Source: a cyanobacterium endosymbiont of Braarudosphaera bigelowii (GTDB lineage Bacteria > Cyanobacteriota > Cyanobacteriia > Cyanobacteriales > Microcystaceae). From it: DNA of 32,000 nt. The notes under the pieces were generated by a model that saw only the letters and a program-made list of their open reading frames with translations, searched no databases and was not told the origin of the DNA. Positions within the stretch are counted from its first letter, which is position 1; every line of letters starts with the position of its first letter. This document shows, in pieces, positions 11,193-21,730 of this stretch. The translations under genes and the position numbers were made by a program. The DNA lies in assembly GCF_020885515.1 (NCBI RefSeq), contig NZ_AP024987.1, positions 420,001 to 452,000 of the forward strand, given 5' to 3'.

Positions 11193-11987
11193 ATGAAAAA
11201 TATTTATAAACCAACAATTTTAGCTTTAGATTTTGATGGAGTAATTTGTAACGGGATGCGAGAGTATTTTCAAACTGCAAAGCAAGCTTATAAGATAATA
11301 TGGCCACAAAATATAAATTATAATTTTGATCATTTATTTAAAGTTTTCTCTGAGCTACGTCCCATAATTGAGACTGGTTGGGAAATGCCTGTTCTTTTAA
11401 GAGCTATAATCCTTAATTACAATGCTGTGGATATTGAATCTAAATGGGATTTAGTCTGTACAGAAATTCTTGATAAAGATTCTCTTCAGAAAGAAGAACT
11501 AATGTTGATTTTAGATGAAGTTAGAGACTGTTTCATTAACCTTCACTTAGATTATTGGTTAAATCTACATGATTTTTATCCAGAAGTTATAAGAAAATTA
11601 CCAAAGCTATTAAATTCAAAAACGCAACTATATATCGTCACAACTAAAGAAGGAAGGTTTGTACAGCAATTGTTAGAAAGTAGAGGAATACAATTTCCTA
11701 GAAATAAGATTCTAGGAAAAGAACTTAAACAAGCCAAGCAAAAAGTCTTACGTCAAATTCTTATTAACTATAAAGAAAAACCTCAAAATCTATGGTTTGT
11801 TGAAGATTTATTAAAAACTTTGATAACTGCCCAAAACGAAGAAGATTTAAGGGGAATTAAACTTTTTTTAGCAGATTGGGGTTATAACACTATGAAAATA
11901 CGTAGCTTAGCTAAGAAGAAAAAAGATATTTCTTTACTTTCTTTAAATAAATTCTCCAAAAATTTTTCAACTTGGATTGACCCTTAA
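11193..11987 (+). CDS. HAD-superfamily hydrolase-like protein
   Basis: Motif I LALDFDGVICNG (DxDG), motif II YIVTTKEG, and a distal acidic motif WFVEDL. Substrate unknown. Confidence 0.6.
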   Translation: MKNIYKPTILALDFDGVICNGMREYFQTAKQAYKIIWPQNINYNFDHLFKVFSELRPIIETGWEMPVLLRAIILNYNAVDIESKWDLVCTEILDKDSLQKEELMLILDEVRDCFINLHLDYWLNLHDFYPEVIRKLPKLLNSKTQLYIVTTKEGRFVQQLLESRGIQFPRNKILGKELKQAKQKVLRQILINYKEKPQNLWFVEDLLKTLITAQNEEDLRGIKLFLADWGYNTMKIRSLAKKKKDISLLSLNKFSKNFSTWIDP

Positions 11988-12337
11988 AAAACTATGTACA
12001 ATAATCAAAGCCAAAATTGAATTTTGATATGTTTATTAATAAAAGATATATCTAAAATGGATCTAAATTTATTTCAAAGGTTTTTTTCAATAAAATTTTA
12101 ATTATTAATTTATAAATTTTAGTTTTGCTTTGATTTTATTCGAAAAAGAAAAAATCATGTGATGTCATGAAAAATATTCAATAATTGCTACTATAATTAA
12201 ATCTTGTTGAATTATAATCAATTATTGATCTATTAGTGTAAAGTAAATCAAAGAATGTAGTGTAATTATTCCTTTATTACTTCACTACAAAAATAACAAA
12301 CAACTTTATTAAGATTATCGTTAAGTAATAGGAAAAA

Positions 12338-12988
12338 ATGATTTATAGATTTCTAATTCTAATATTAACTCTATTGATTTCAATACAAAGTGTTGCTAAG
12401 GCTTCAACGAATAATATGGTTAACGATACTTTACCTTGTACAAATGAAGTATCGTTAACCATTGCTACTGAATCACTATTTTCTACTCCTTATTCCTCGA
12501 CACATTTAATAGTTTCTAATATATTCAATAATTATTATTCTGGCCAAAGTTATATAGGATCGATTTTTCCCGCAGAAACTCAAAATAAATACCAACAAGC
12601 AATTGTAGAATATGAAAAAGGAAATATTGAAAGTAATCAACAACAATGGGATGAGGCTCTGGGACATTATAAAAAAGCAGTTCAAATATATCCTAATCTA
12701 ATATTTGCTAGAGTAAATATTCCACTAATTTATTATCAAAATGATCATAAATTAGAAGCTATTAAAGAAATGAGATATCTATTAAAAAAATACCCTATGT
12801 CTGCCGATATAAGAGCTGCTTTAACAGCTATTTTATGGAGCACAGGACAAAAAGGAGAAGCTAAAAGTCATTGGGTTTCCGTTGCTGGTATAGATGATCG
12901 GTATAAGAATTTAGACTGGATTCAAACAAAACGTTTTTGGCCACCAAAAATAATCATGGCTCTAGATGATTTCTTTAATTCGAAATAG
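12338..12988 (+). CDS. Secreted TPR-like protein, conserved hypothetical
   Basis: Signal-like N-terminus FLILILTLLISIQSVAKA. TPR-like helices (WDEALGHYKKAVQIYPN). C-terminal RYKNLDWIQTKRFWPPK motif. Confidence 0.55.
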   Translation: MIYRFLILILTLLISIQSVAKASTNNMVNDTLPCTNEVSLTIATESLFSTPYSSTHLIVSNIFNNYYSGQSYIGSIFPAETQNKYQQAIVEYEKGNIESNQQQWDEALGHYKKAVQIYPNLIFARVNIPLIYYQNDHKLEAIKEMRYLLKKYPMSADIRAALTAILWSTGQKGEAKSHWVSVAGIDDRYKNLDWIQTKRFWPPKIIMALDDFFNSK

Positions 12989-13196
12989 TAAACAATCTTA
13001 TTGTTAATAATCAGTATTAGTTAAAAGTTTAAAAAATAGAGAAAAATTAGTTGGACATACTACTAAATAAATGTAATACAATAATTTAATAAATAAGATT
13101 TTAAGAAAAAAGTTCATATTAAGTTAATATAAATATTAGTAATAATTAAGACCATCAGCAAGAATTTAGATACTTACAAAGATTAAGCGAAACATT

Positions 13197-13738
13197 ATGG
13201 AAAAAAAAATTCTATTTTTCGTATTTCTCCTCTAATACAGATAACATTAATTAGTTTATATATTTCTTTAACAATTCCATTACCTTTCCTTTCAGAAATA
13301 ACTGATGCTTCTATTTCCGATACAGTTTTATGGATTGGAATTATTGTTGGGGGATTGATACTGATTGGCACTTTAAGCGAAAGAGTTATAGTTGACGAAG
13401 ATCAAATTAAAATTACTTATCCTATTTGGTTCCCCTTCTTCTTCCGTAAAAATTGGTCACTATCTTGGACAGAAGTAAAAGATCTCAAGTTACGTACAAC
13501 CGGTCAAGGTGGTTCAGTCTATTATTTAACTAGTAATAGTATAGATAAAGCTTATTTATTACCTACAAGAGTAGAAAACTTTGCACATTTAATAAAATTT
13601 ATTACTAAAAGAACAGGTATCGACACAAGTGAAATACGACCGCTTTCTCAACCATGGATGTACATTATTTTGCTTTTTTGTACGTTACTTTTATTGCTTG
13701 TAGATAGTATGGTTATTTGGGAAATTATTTTCAATTAA
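13197..13738 (+). CDS. Small two-TM membrane protein; reading frame offset from its only ATG by an A9 tract
   Basis: The open frame runs 13187..13738. Its first canonical start, TTG 13355, falls inside the predicted TM helix VLWIGIIVGGLILIGTL. ATG 13197 is followed by G+A9 (13201..13209); one extra A would fuse it in frame to give MEKKNSIFRISPLIQITLISLYISL... Confidence 0.55.
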
Positions 13739-13774
13739 TAGAATGCATTTAAAATTCTAAGATATCCTATTTTA

Positions 13775-13821
13775 GAAAAAACGTTTGCAAAAATCATAAC
13801 GATTTTTGCAAACGTTTTTTC
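13775..13821. terminator. Bidirectional rho-independent terminator between the membrane-protein gene and pyrG
   Basis: gaaaaaacgtttgcaaaaatc-ataac-gatttttgcaaacgttttttc is a 21-bp perfect stem with a 5-nt loop. A6 and T6 runs at the stem ends supply a U-tract in both orientations. Confidence 0.8.
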
Positions 13822-13935
13822 ATTTAATCATGGCGAAATATTTTTATCTTTACATTAATGTAATTTTATTATTAAGATAATAAGTTTAAAAAGCTAGTTT
13901 GTTAAATTTGAAAAATCTTAACAAACTAAATTGAT

Positions 13936-15564
<1,629 letters not shown>

Positions 15565-15916
15565 TTAGTTAAATTATAATTTTTATAGATTTATTAATTA
15601 TATTAGCCTGTCTTTTCCACATAAGACTTACCTTAAATGTACGATTCCGCAAATTGAGAATAAAAAGGCTGACTAATTAATGTGACAATGAAAAATATTG
15701 GAGTTACAAATAAGACATACCACATTAATAATAGAGTTAAATAAGGTAAAGAATTATCAATAACTAAAAATTTTAAAACGATATTATATTTCTTTATGTA
15801 TTAATTTCTTAAATTATCCCTGAACAAATAAACTATTAATTACAACAGATGCTTATTATTAATATACAAATTAAAATATTTAGCATACAATTAGGACAGA
15901 CGTCACAAAAATTATT

Positions 15917-16690
15917 ATGGAATGGCAAGAAATATCAGGAAGTTTCGTTTTAATCCCAAAGTCTCCAATTGCTGTTATACATTTTATTGGGGGAGCATTT
16001 ATAGGTAGTATCCCTAATTTTACTTATCGTTGGTTACTTGAAGCATTGGCTAAAAAAGGGTACGCTGTTATAGCTACTCCCTTTGTTATTACATTAGATC
16101 ATTTAGCAATTTCTCATGATTTACTAAATCGTTTTGAAAATATATTAAAATCTATTAAAAATAATATTTATGCAGGAATTATAAACCTTCCCGTATATGG
16201 AATTGGCCACAGTATGGGATGTAAACTTCATTTATTAATTGGTAGTTTTTCTACTGTAGAAAGAGCAGGTAATATATTTATATCTTTCAACAATTATCCT
16301 ATTAAGCAGGCTATTCCTTTCTTCGAGCAGCTTAATTTTCATGATATTTTTGATTTAGAATTTACGCCATCCCCTAATAAGACCCAAGATATTATTCAAA
16401 AAAATTATATTGTTCGTCATAATTTATTAATCAAACTTACTCAAGATAATATTGACGAAACAATATCTTTAATGAAAATACTACATAGAAAATATCCTAA
16501 TCTAGTAGCTTTGCAAACGTTGTCTGGAAATCACTTAACACCATTAGGGCAAGAGGTAAGCTTTAAGTCTGGAAATATATTTACACCAATAGATGTTATA
16601 CAACAGTGGTTCCAAAATAAGTTGTCTAATGATTTATATGATCTTAAAAATGAGATATTACAGTGGCTAAATCCAGGACAAATTATTTAA
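15917..16690 (+). CDS. Alpha/beta-hydrolase-fold protein, DUF1350-like (cyanobacteria/plastid conserved)
   Basis: IHFIGGAF, GYAVIATPF and the nucleophile-elbow-like GHSMGCKLH pattern. Family assignment is from memory of the motif layout and was not searched. Confidence 0.55.
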   Translation: MEWQEISGSFVLIPKSPIAVIHFIGGAFIGSIPNFTYRWLLEALAKKGYAVIATPFVITLDHLAISHDLLNRFENILKSIKNNIYAGIINLPVYGIGHSMGCKLHLLIGSFSTVERAGNIFISFNNYPIKQAIPFFEQLNFHDIFDLEFTPSPNKTQDIIQKNYIVRHNLLIKLTQDNIDETISLMKILHRKYPNLVALQTLSGNHLTPLGQEVSFKSGNIFTPIDVIQQWFQNKLSNDLYDLKNEILQWLNPGQII

Positions 16691-16841
16691 GCTACATATA
16701 TTAGAATATGGTAAATAATTTATTATTGAGGAAATATTGAGCTTTTTTAATTATTTATCAAAAGTACGTAATTTATACATCTTACTATCCAAAAAAGTTA
16801 AGATACGATATACTCCTCTCGAAATTTTCGGTAGATAAAAA

Positions 16842-18197
16842 ATGACAGCAGTAGCAATTCTTGCGGCAGGACGTGGTACACGTATGAGATCTAACTTACC
16901 CAAAGTCTTACATACTTTGGGTGGGCAATCCTTAGTACAAAGAGTATTAAATAATTGTTCTTTACTTACTCCATCTAGACAGTTTGTAGTTATTGGATTT
17001 GAAGGAGAAAAAGTAAAGCAATCTTTAGTCAAAAATTCGTCCTTAGAGTTTGTTGAACAGAAAGAACAGTTAGGAACAGGACATGCTGTACAACAACTTC
17101 TGCCATATTTAAAAGACTTTAAAGAAGATTTGTTAGTTTTAAATGGTGATGTTCCACTTTTACGTCCTAAAACATTACAAAATCTTTTAAATATTCATAA
17201 AGATAATGATAATGCAGCAACGGTTCTAACTGCTCACTTACCTAATCCAAAAGGTTATGGTAGAGTTTTTTGCGATGGAAATAATTTTGTTACTCAAATT
17301 ATTGAAGATCGTGATTGTAATTCTGCTCAAAAACAAAATTGTAGAGTAAATGGAGGAATTTACTGTTTTAACTGGCCTAAACTTGCTAAAATATTACCCT
17401 ATCTTTCTGCCAATAATCAACAAAAAGAATATTATTTAACTGATGTAGCGCAACATCTTGAACCTTTTATGGCAGTTAATGTAGAAGATTATTTCGAAAT
17501 TAATGGTATAAACAATCGTCAACAATTATCTGATGCAAATAATATTCTACAAGATAGGATAAAGAGATATTGGATGAATGAAGGAGTTACTATGATTAAT
17601 CCTGAAAGTATTAGTATTGATGATACAGTAAGTTTAGCACCAGATATAGTTATTGAGCCTCAAACTCATTTGAGAGGTAAAACTCATATTGGCTCAAAAA
17701 GCCATATTGGGCCAGGAACTCTTATCGAAAATAGCAAAATTGGTGAACAGGTAAGTATATTATATTCTGTTGTTAGTCATTCTGAAGTATCATCTTGTTG
17801 TAAAATTGGCCCTTATGCTCATATTCGTAAAGAAGGTAAGATCGACCAATCTTGCCGTATTGGTAACTTTGTTGAAATTAAAAAATCTCAAGTAGAAAAA
17901 AATAGCAATATTGCTCATTTATCCTATATTGGTGATGCTACTTTAGGAGAACAAGTCAATATAGGTGCAGGAACAATTACAGCTAATTATGATGGTATTG
18001 ATAAACATCAAACTGTTATTGGTAATCAAACTAAAACAGGAGCAAACAGTGTTTTTGTTGCCCCTGTAACCTTAGGGAATAATGTCACAGTTGCTGCAGG
18101 TTCAGTGGTTACCAATGATGTTCCTGATGATGCCCTAGTAATTGCTCGACAACAGCAAAGAATCATTAAAGAATGGAAAAGAAAAACTAAAAAGTAA
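16842..18197 (+). CDS. glmU: Bifunctional UDP-N-acetylglucosamine diphosphorylase / glucosamine-1-phosphate N-acetyltransferase
   Basis: N-terminal LAAGRGTRM nucleotidyltransferase signature. C-terminal left-handed beta-helix hexapeptide repeats (IGxxxxIG series, NYDGIDKH). Confidence 0.95.
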   Translation: MTAVAILAAGRGTRMRSNLPKVLHTLGGQSLVQRVLNNCSLLTPSRQFVVIGFEGEKVKQSLVKNSSLEFVEQKEQLGTGHAVQQLLPYLKDFKEDLLVLNGDVPLLRPKTLQNLLNIHKDNDNAATVLTAHLPNPKGYGRVFCDGNNFVTQIIEDRDCNSAQKQNCRVNGGIYCFNWPKLAKILPYLSANNQQKEYYLTDVAQHLEPFMAVNVEDYFEINGINNRQQLSDANNILQDRIKRYWMNEGVTMINPESISIDDTVSLAPDIVIEPQTHLRGKTHIGSKSHIGPGTLIENSKIGEQVSILYSVVSHSEVSSCCKIGPYAHIRKEGKIDQSCRIGNFVEIKKSQVEKNSNIAHLSYIGDATLGEQVNIGAGTITANYDGIDKHQTVIGNQTKTGANSVFVAPVTLGNNVTVAAGSVVTNDVPDDALVIARQQQRIIKEWKRKTKK

Positions 18198-18529
18198 TAG
18201 TTCTGTAGTTCGTTAACTATATAGAATTTAGTATCAATTCATAGAAAACCAATAATTATATTTTTAAATCATTTTCTTTAAATAACTAATAACTCTCAGA
18301 AGTTCATAAATATTTATCTAGTTATTTTATATAATAAAGATAATTAAAAAATCTATTAATTTAATGATCTTAAAAATTAATATCATGGTTTTCTAGTATT
18401 TTATAAACAATTATTATAATGTTATATAATAATTGATTATTCTATTTACAAATGGAATAGCTGAATAACCATATATCTACAGCGCAAAATATTAACTATT
18501 AGTATTATTGACTGTTCAGATATTATTAT

Positions 18530-20767
18530 TTAGAAATCTACTCTATTTAAGCGTTGAATATTTAAGACATCACTCATATCACAGATGCTATTTGTTAAGT
18601 ATTCTAATTGCTGACGATCACGAATTTCAATCCGTAAATTAATAATAGCGGGTTTATTTTGTATAGTTTTTACACCGGCGTTGCAAACATTAATGTTGTG
18701 ATTGCTTACTCTTAATAGAATATCTTTTAAAACGCCTACTCTATCAATAACTTCTATCTGAACATCTACTGGATATGTAATAGCACATCCTTTTTTGTCT
18801 ACCTTGTTCCAACGTACCGGAATCAAACGTTCTCCAGGTATATTCTCAATATTAGAGCAATTTTGAGTATGAATCGAGATACCTCTATCTCCTCTAGTAA
18901 CGACACCGATAATAGGCTCTCCGGGTAATGGCCTACAACATCCAGCTATATGATATAGAAGGCCTTCAACTCCCAAAATTGGAGATTTATTAGGTTTTTT
19001 AGGACATAAAGAAGAAGGTATTATGGATAAACCTGCATCGTGAGTTTCAGTATTCTTCTGTTGAGTTTTTACAGTTATTTCTCTTACACGATTAACTACT
19101 TGATTCAAAGTAATTCCCCCATATCCTAATCCGGACAGTAAATCATCTACTGAATGATAATTGCATCTTTCTGCTACAGTTTTCATTGGTTCTGATTTTA
19201 ATAAAGCTTCAAAACCGTTTTTACCTAATTCTTTTTCTAAAATATCACGTCCTCTGATCATGTTTTCTTCTCTACAAGATCTCTTGTACCATTGACGGAT
19301 ACGGTTACGGGCAGTGGGCGTAACTACTATGTTAAGCCAGTTTAAACTAGGATGACAATTTTTTTGAGTAATAATTTCTACTATGTCACCATTATGAAGT
19401 GGTTGTCCAAAAACTGACCACTTACCATTAATTCTAGCTCCTTTCATATGGTTGCCTACTTCTGTATGAATACGATAAGCAAAATCTATAGTAGTAGCCC
19501 CCCTTGCTAAGGCAATCACTTCTCCATCAGGAGTAAATACATAAACATCATCATCAAAAAGATTATCTTTAAGATTATCAACATATTCTTGGGCATCTTT
19601 CAGATCTTTCTGCCAGTCTAGTAGTTGTCTTAGCCAAGTAAATTTTTCGTCTTCCTGGGATAATTGAGTATAGTGAGATACGCCAGTTTCTTTATATTTC
19701 CAATGAGCTGCAATACCATATTCAGCAATATGATGCATTTCCATTGTTCTAATCTGAATTTCCAAAGGATGGCCGTTAAATCCTACGACTGTTGTATGTA
19801 AAGATTGATATCGATTTGGCTTGGGCAAACCAATATAGTCCTTGAATCTTCCAGGCATAGGCTTAAAGGTATCATGAACTACTGCTAAAGCACGATAACA
19901 TTCCTCTTTATTTTGAACAATAATTCTTAAAGCTGCTAAATCATATATTTCATGTAACCCTTTATTTTGACTATGCATCTTATAGTAAATTCCATAAAGA
20001 TGTTTAGATCTTCCTTGTAAATCTAGTATTTTTATTCCTATACTATGTAACCGTTTTTGCAGTGTATCTTTAACATTTTCGATACGAGCTTCGCGATCAA
20101 TACGTTTTTCTGCCACCAAACTTTGTATTTCCCCATAAGCGTCAGGTTCTAGATATTTAAAAGATAAATCCTCTAGTTCCCACTTTACTCTCCAAATACC
20201 TAGGCGATTTGCTAGTGGGGAAAATATCTCCTTAGTTTCTAAAGCGATACGTTTTTGTTTTTCTGGTTTAAGTGCGTCTAAAGTTCTCATATTATGAAGA
20301 CGATCAGCCAACTTCACGACAATTACTCTAATATCTTTAGCCATTGCTAAAAACATTCTTCGAAAATTTTCAGCCTGCTGTTCTGTTTTGTTAGAAAAAT
20401 TAAATTTTGATAATTTTGTGACTCCTTCAACCAGTAATCTTACTTCCTGACCAAACATCTCTTCAATGTTATCTGCAGTAATATCAGTGTCTTCTACTAC
20501 ATCATGAAGAAATCCTGCAGCAATCATTGATCTATCTCCTCCTAAATCCCTTAATATCCCTGCCACAGTTACTGGATGGACAATATAAGGTTCACCTGAT
20601 TTGCGATATTGTCCTTTATGCAGTTGATATGCGAAATCAAAAGAATGACAAATCAAGTCTTGATTTTGATTGTATACATCTGATTTACGAGAAATTAAAC
20701 ATTGGTTTAACCAGTCAGGAAGAGTGAAGTCAAGTGGCTTATTATTGAGAGATGTAACTGTATTCAT
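18530..20767 (-). CDS. spoT: Bifunctional (p)ppGpp synthetase/hydrolase (RelA/SpoT homologue)
   Basis: 745 aa. HD hydrolase domain (HPVTVAGIL, LHDVVEDT), synthetase domain (YQSLHTTV, EIQIRT), and TGS and ACT-like C-terminal domains. Confidence 0.95.
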   Translation of the reverse strand: MNTVTSLNNKPLDFTLPDWLNQCLISRKSDVYNQNQDLICHSFDFAYQLHKGQYRKSGEPYIVHPVTVAGILRDLGGDRSMIAAGFLHDVVEDTDITADNIEEMFGQEVRLLVEGVTKLSKFNFSNKTEQQAENFRRMFLAMAKDIRVIVVKLADRLHNMRTLDALKPEKQKRIALETKEIFSPLANRLGIWRVKWELEDLSFKYLEPDAYGEIQSLVAEKRIDREARIENVKDTLQKRLHSIGIKILDLQGRSKHLYGIYYKMHSQNKGLHEIYDLAALRIIVQNKEECYRALAVVHDTFKPMPGRFKDYIGLPKPNRYQSLHTTVVGFNGHPLEIQIRTMEMHHIAEYGIAAHWKYKETGVSHYTQLSQEDEKFTWLRQLLDWQKDLKDAQEYVDNLKDNLFDDDVYVFTPDGEVIALARGATTIDFAYRIHTEVGNHMKGARINGKWSVFGQPLHNGDIVEIITQKNCHPSLNWLNIVVTPTARNRIRQWYKRSCREENMIRGRDILEKELGKNGFEALLKSEPMKTVAERCNYHSVDDLLSGLGYGGITLNQVVNRVREITVKTQQKNTETHDAGLSIIPSSLCPKKPNKSPILGVEGLLYHIAGCCRPLPGEPIIGVVTRGDRGISIHTQNCSNIENIPGERLIPVRWNKVDKKGCAITYPVDVQIEVIDRVGVLKDILLRVSNHNINVCNAGVKTIQNKPAIINLRIEIRDRQQLEYLTNSICDMSDVLNIQRLNRVDF

Positions 20768-20993
20768 AAAATATTTGAGTCAGAAACAGGAAAAAAGAAT
20801 AGACTATTAAAAGTTGGGAGCAGATTAATAAGTTTTCGACTCTCCTTTTAGTATTAACACTTGTGCTAGAAATAGGCAATTAAAAAATTTTGGGGTAATA
20901 TCAACCATTAAAAGACGAAATTTAAATTTTTAAAAATTCAATAAAAGACATAATATTAATAAAAATATATTATTAGGACGAAACAAATATTTA

Positions 20994-21356
20994 ATGCTAT
21001 CAAAATATTATAAAAATTTCTCAGAACAATTATTTCTCCTTCAAAAACAAGTCGTATTGGAAAATATAGATATTATAAAAATTAAAATAATTTTTGAGCA
21101 GGTTAAAATAATTTTCCATAGTAAAATTCTTGACGAAAATATGCATATATATCTTGAAAATAATGATAAGCATACGATTATTCAATCTATACAAGTAGAA
21201 ATTAATAAAAACTTAAGATTACTCGAAACTGAATTATTGTTTTTAGAGTCTTCACGTCAATCAGAAACAATAGATAAGAGAGCAGGTAAGATAAAACAAA
21301 GAGTTATGAAATTAAGAGACTATTGTAAGTTTATAAATAAGCAACTTTGTGAATAA
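20994..21356 (+). CDS. Conserved cyanobacterial hypothetical protein, helical (possibly PatD family)
   Basis: 120-aa ORF in an otherwise empty spacer. The C-terminal pattern QVEINKNLRLLETELLFLESSRQ...LRDYC resembles my recollection of the PatD-type family. Unverified. Confidence 0.45.
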   Translation: MLSKYYKNFSEQLFLLQKQVVLENIDIIKIKIIFEQVKIIFHSKILDENMHIYLENNDKHTIIQSIQVEINKNLRLLETELLFLESSRQSETIDKRAGKIKQRVMKLRDYCKFINKQLCE

Positions 21357-21633
21357 AAGTTTGACCACATATATAGAGCACACATAGTTTAGTTTATTTA
21401 GCAAAAATTAAGTCTTTTTTATTAAATATATTAGATCAATGATAACTTTCTCTATTTACATAACCTATTCCAATACTTAAGTTATTAAATGTAGAATTTT
21501 TATTCTATTGAATAGAATAAGACAATAAACAACTAGCATCACAAGCAAGATGATCGATAGTAAAAATGTATTATATTTATTAAACAAAATTAGTAAAAAT
21601 ATTTAGTTTAAATATTTATAATTAAACAACAAG

Positions 21634-21642
21634 TGCTAGAAT
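21634..21642 (+). promoter_or_regulatory. Candidate extended -10 promoter element (TGcTAGAAT) for the Rieske oxygenase gene
   Basis: TG-n-TAGAAT lies about 90 nt upstream of ATG 21731. GAGGA Shine-Dalgarno at 21719..21723. Confidence 0.3.
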
Positions 21643-21730
21643 ACGGAGTGCAAAATTGTTGTATCCACTAGTATATATCTTTAATTTTGAGCTATTTTAT
21701 TAATGTTTTTTAAAAAATGAGGATCTTAAA

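Noticed and set aside
12003-12136. Imperfect inverted repeat aatcaaagccaaaa / ttttgctttgatt about 110 nt apart, downstream of the HAD gene. Considered as MITE-like ends.
   Set aside because: It matches only 13 nt with an indel, has no target-site duplication, and has no second copy in the window.
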